Below, in pieces: positions 27,217 through 29,098 of a DNA stretch of 29,098 nucleotides (positions within the stretch are counted from its first letter, which is position 1; every line of letters starts with the position of its first letter). Below the pieces are notes generated by a model. That model did no database searches, was not told the origin of the DNA, and was given only the letters and a program-made list of their open reading frames with translations. The stretch is taken from contig JAQCIU010000039.1 in assembly GCA_027593235.1 (NCBI GenBank), positions 1 to 29,098 on the forward strand, in the 5' to 3' direction. This DNA comes from Chloroflexota bacterium. Lineage in GTDB: Bacteria > Chloroflexota > Dehalococcoidia > UBA2979. Position numbers and translations under genes: made by a program.

Positions 27217-29098
27217 CTACGGGGCATTCACCGTCACATCAGCAGTAGTCGCCGACGCGGCGCCGCCGCTGTTCGACGCGACCAGCGTTACCGTTACCGG
27301 CCCGGGGGTCGATAGCGTTGGGCTGTACGACTCTGAACTACCCCCAGGGGCTCCACCGTTGTTCGTCCACGCATACGTCGTGATCGCCCCACCGGTATTG
27401 CCTGTCACCGAGCACAACGTCGCTCCGCCAGCTGTCACTGGGCTCGTACAACTAATCGTTACGTTCGCCGGCGCTCCAGCGGTGACACTGACCGAGGTGG
27501 TGGCGTTGTCGCTAGCGGTGCTGTTCGTCGCCACGAGCGAAACGGCCCTAGGACCAGCCGCGGCGAATGAAGTCGAGTACGTCGGACTGCTCCCCGATAC
27601 CGAACTCCCGCCGGCCCATGCCCAGGTCGTAATCGGTCCACCGACGTTCGTCGCGGAGCAAAGGGTGGTAGCGCCGACTGTGACGGGGTTTGGCGTGCAA
27701 CTCACGGTGATATTTGGTGCTAGAACGACCACTGGCGGCAACGGCGAGACGACGATCGAGGCCTGTGCGTTCGCGCAGCCGTCGGCGTTGCAGACCTCCA
27801 GCGTGATCGTGCGCGTCCCGGCGATCGCGTAGGTGATGAAGAACGTCGAGGTGGTGCGGGCGGTGGTGCCGCTGCGCCAGGCGTAGCTGGTGACCTGCCC
27901 GTCGATCGTCGGGCGGCAGTTGACGGCCGTTCCGATCTGGACGGCGAGCGGTGTGCAGCCGATCGAGTTGATCACGGGGGCGTTGCTGACCGCGGGCTAG
28001 GTGACCGTGAGGGTGGTGGTTTCGGTGTCACAGCAGCCGGCGTTGCAGACGTGCAACCCGATCGTGCGCGCGCCGGAAGAGGTGTAGGCGCCGCTGAGCG
28101 TGCGATTGGAGGCGATCAAGATGCCGTTGACGCTCCAGTCGTAGCTGGCGACGGGGCCGCCGGCGAAGGCGCCGCTGCAGCTCACGGTGTCGCCCACTTC
28201 AGCCGGTGACGGGGTGCAACTCACGGCGGTGATCCGCGGCGCGGCGGGCGGCGGCGGGCCGGCGGCGACGGTCGAGGTGGGGCGCGGCGTCGCGCCGCCT
28301 GGTGTCGTGCCGCCAGTACCGCCGGGCTCGCTGCTGACCACGGCGTCCGGATCGCCGGCGAAGACGAAGGCTTGCGAGTCGCCCGTGTTGCAGGCGCCGC
28401 TGACGCAGACCTCGAGTGAGACACGGAAAGGGCCGCCGACGGGGAACGTGGTGCGGAAGACGTCGCCTTCGCCGGTGGCGGGTTCGCCATCGCTGGCGGC
28501 CCAGACATAGCTGTCGGCAGCGCCGATCAGCGTGGGCCGGCACTCGAGGGTGACGCCGTCGTCGAGCTGGACGCAGCCAACCGCCTCGATCGTGGGCGCC
28601 TCCACGGAGTCACCAGCAACGACGACGGTGGGGGTGGCGCCGGGGCTGCCGCCATCGGCGGCGGGGGTGGCGCTGGCGGCGACCCGATCGGGGGAGCCGT
28701 CCTCGCCGCTGCCGCTGAGCTGGCCCAGCGCGATGAACGCGGTCAGGCCGGCGAGCACGAAGAGGGTGGCGGCGCCGGCGATCGGCAGCAGCGAGGATCC
28801 GCCGGCGGCGACCCGCGGGACAGACGGAAACGAGAGGCCGCCGAGCAGCCCACCGAACAGCCCGACGAAGGGCAGCTTGCGGGGGCGGCGATCTTGCGAG
28901 AGCTGGCGCTGGGTGACCTGAGCGGCAGCCTGGATCGCGGCGAGCGATTCGTTGGAGAGCGCGTCGTCCGCTTCGCGCAGGATGACGGCGGCGGTGACGA
29001 GATCCGGGGTAAGCGCGAGCGCGGCACGGGCGTAGCGGCGGGCCTCGCGCCAGTCGCGGCGCGCGGCGGCGGCAGCCGCGCGATCGAGCAGCGCGCCG
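27217..29098 (-). CDS. membrane-anchored protein with five Cys-containing PKD/Ig-like repeats; 5' end beyond window; in-frame TAG at 27997-27999
   Basis: The frame is open from the window end through a TPR-like helix pair (LLDRAAAAAARRDWREARRYARAALAL), a TM segment, a Pro/Thr linker and ~85-aa repeats (AP-x-I-x-x-(V/I)-x-C...C...S/T-Y/W-x-W...G-x-x-x-(V/I)-x-L-x-V). ORFs 27997-28758 and 27217-27975 are in the same frame. Confidence 0.78.

Noticed and set aside
27997-27999. Pyrrolysine or genetic-code reassignment of TAG
   Set aside because: TAG is the ordinary stop of many genes in this window, and no pyl genes are visible.

Overview
A high-GC bacterial chromosomal window. The gene set and several apparent leaderless starts suggest Chloroflexota (Dehalococcoidia-like), but this is inference only. 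Left part: an ArsR regulator cut by the window edge and missed by the ORF track, a hypothetical gene, msrB, and a lower-GC HATPase + STAS-like (DUF4325) pair whose upstream gene is interrupted by a complete 1310-bp IS5-family element (16-bp IRs, CTAG on both sides). Middle part: EamA, MMPL, a Lit-like protein and MazG sharing one palindromic -10 box, a thioredoxin-fold protein, two membrane proteins, an SDR and pcrA. Right part: a NIT-domain chemoreceptor, an M50-CBS protease, a DRTGG protein, a lipoprotein two-domain multicopper oxidase with an extra cupredoxin, an ACT-malic enzyme, a tandem glutaminase, DUF4230, a GNAT, tRNA-Phe and part of a Cys-rich PKD/Ig-like repeat surface protein. The strongest signal is an array of seven GGGAC-N4-GTC boxes at exact 22-bp spacing upstream of the chemoreceptor. 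Similar DosR/NarL-like boxes precede the protease and the oxidase, suggesting a low-oxygen or nitrogen-oxide regulon. Also notable are a glutaminase with one intact and one catalytically dead domain, and a symmetric bidirectional leaderless promoter. Three reading-frame lesions (two 1-bp indels, one in-frame TAG) may be assembly errors.
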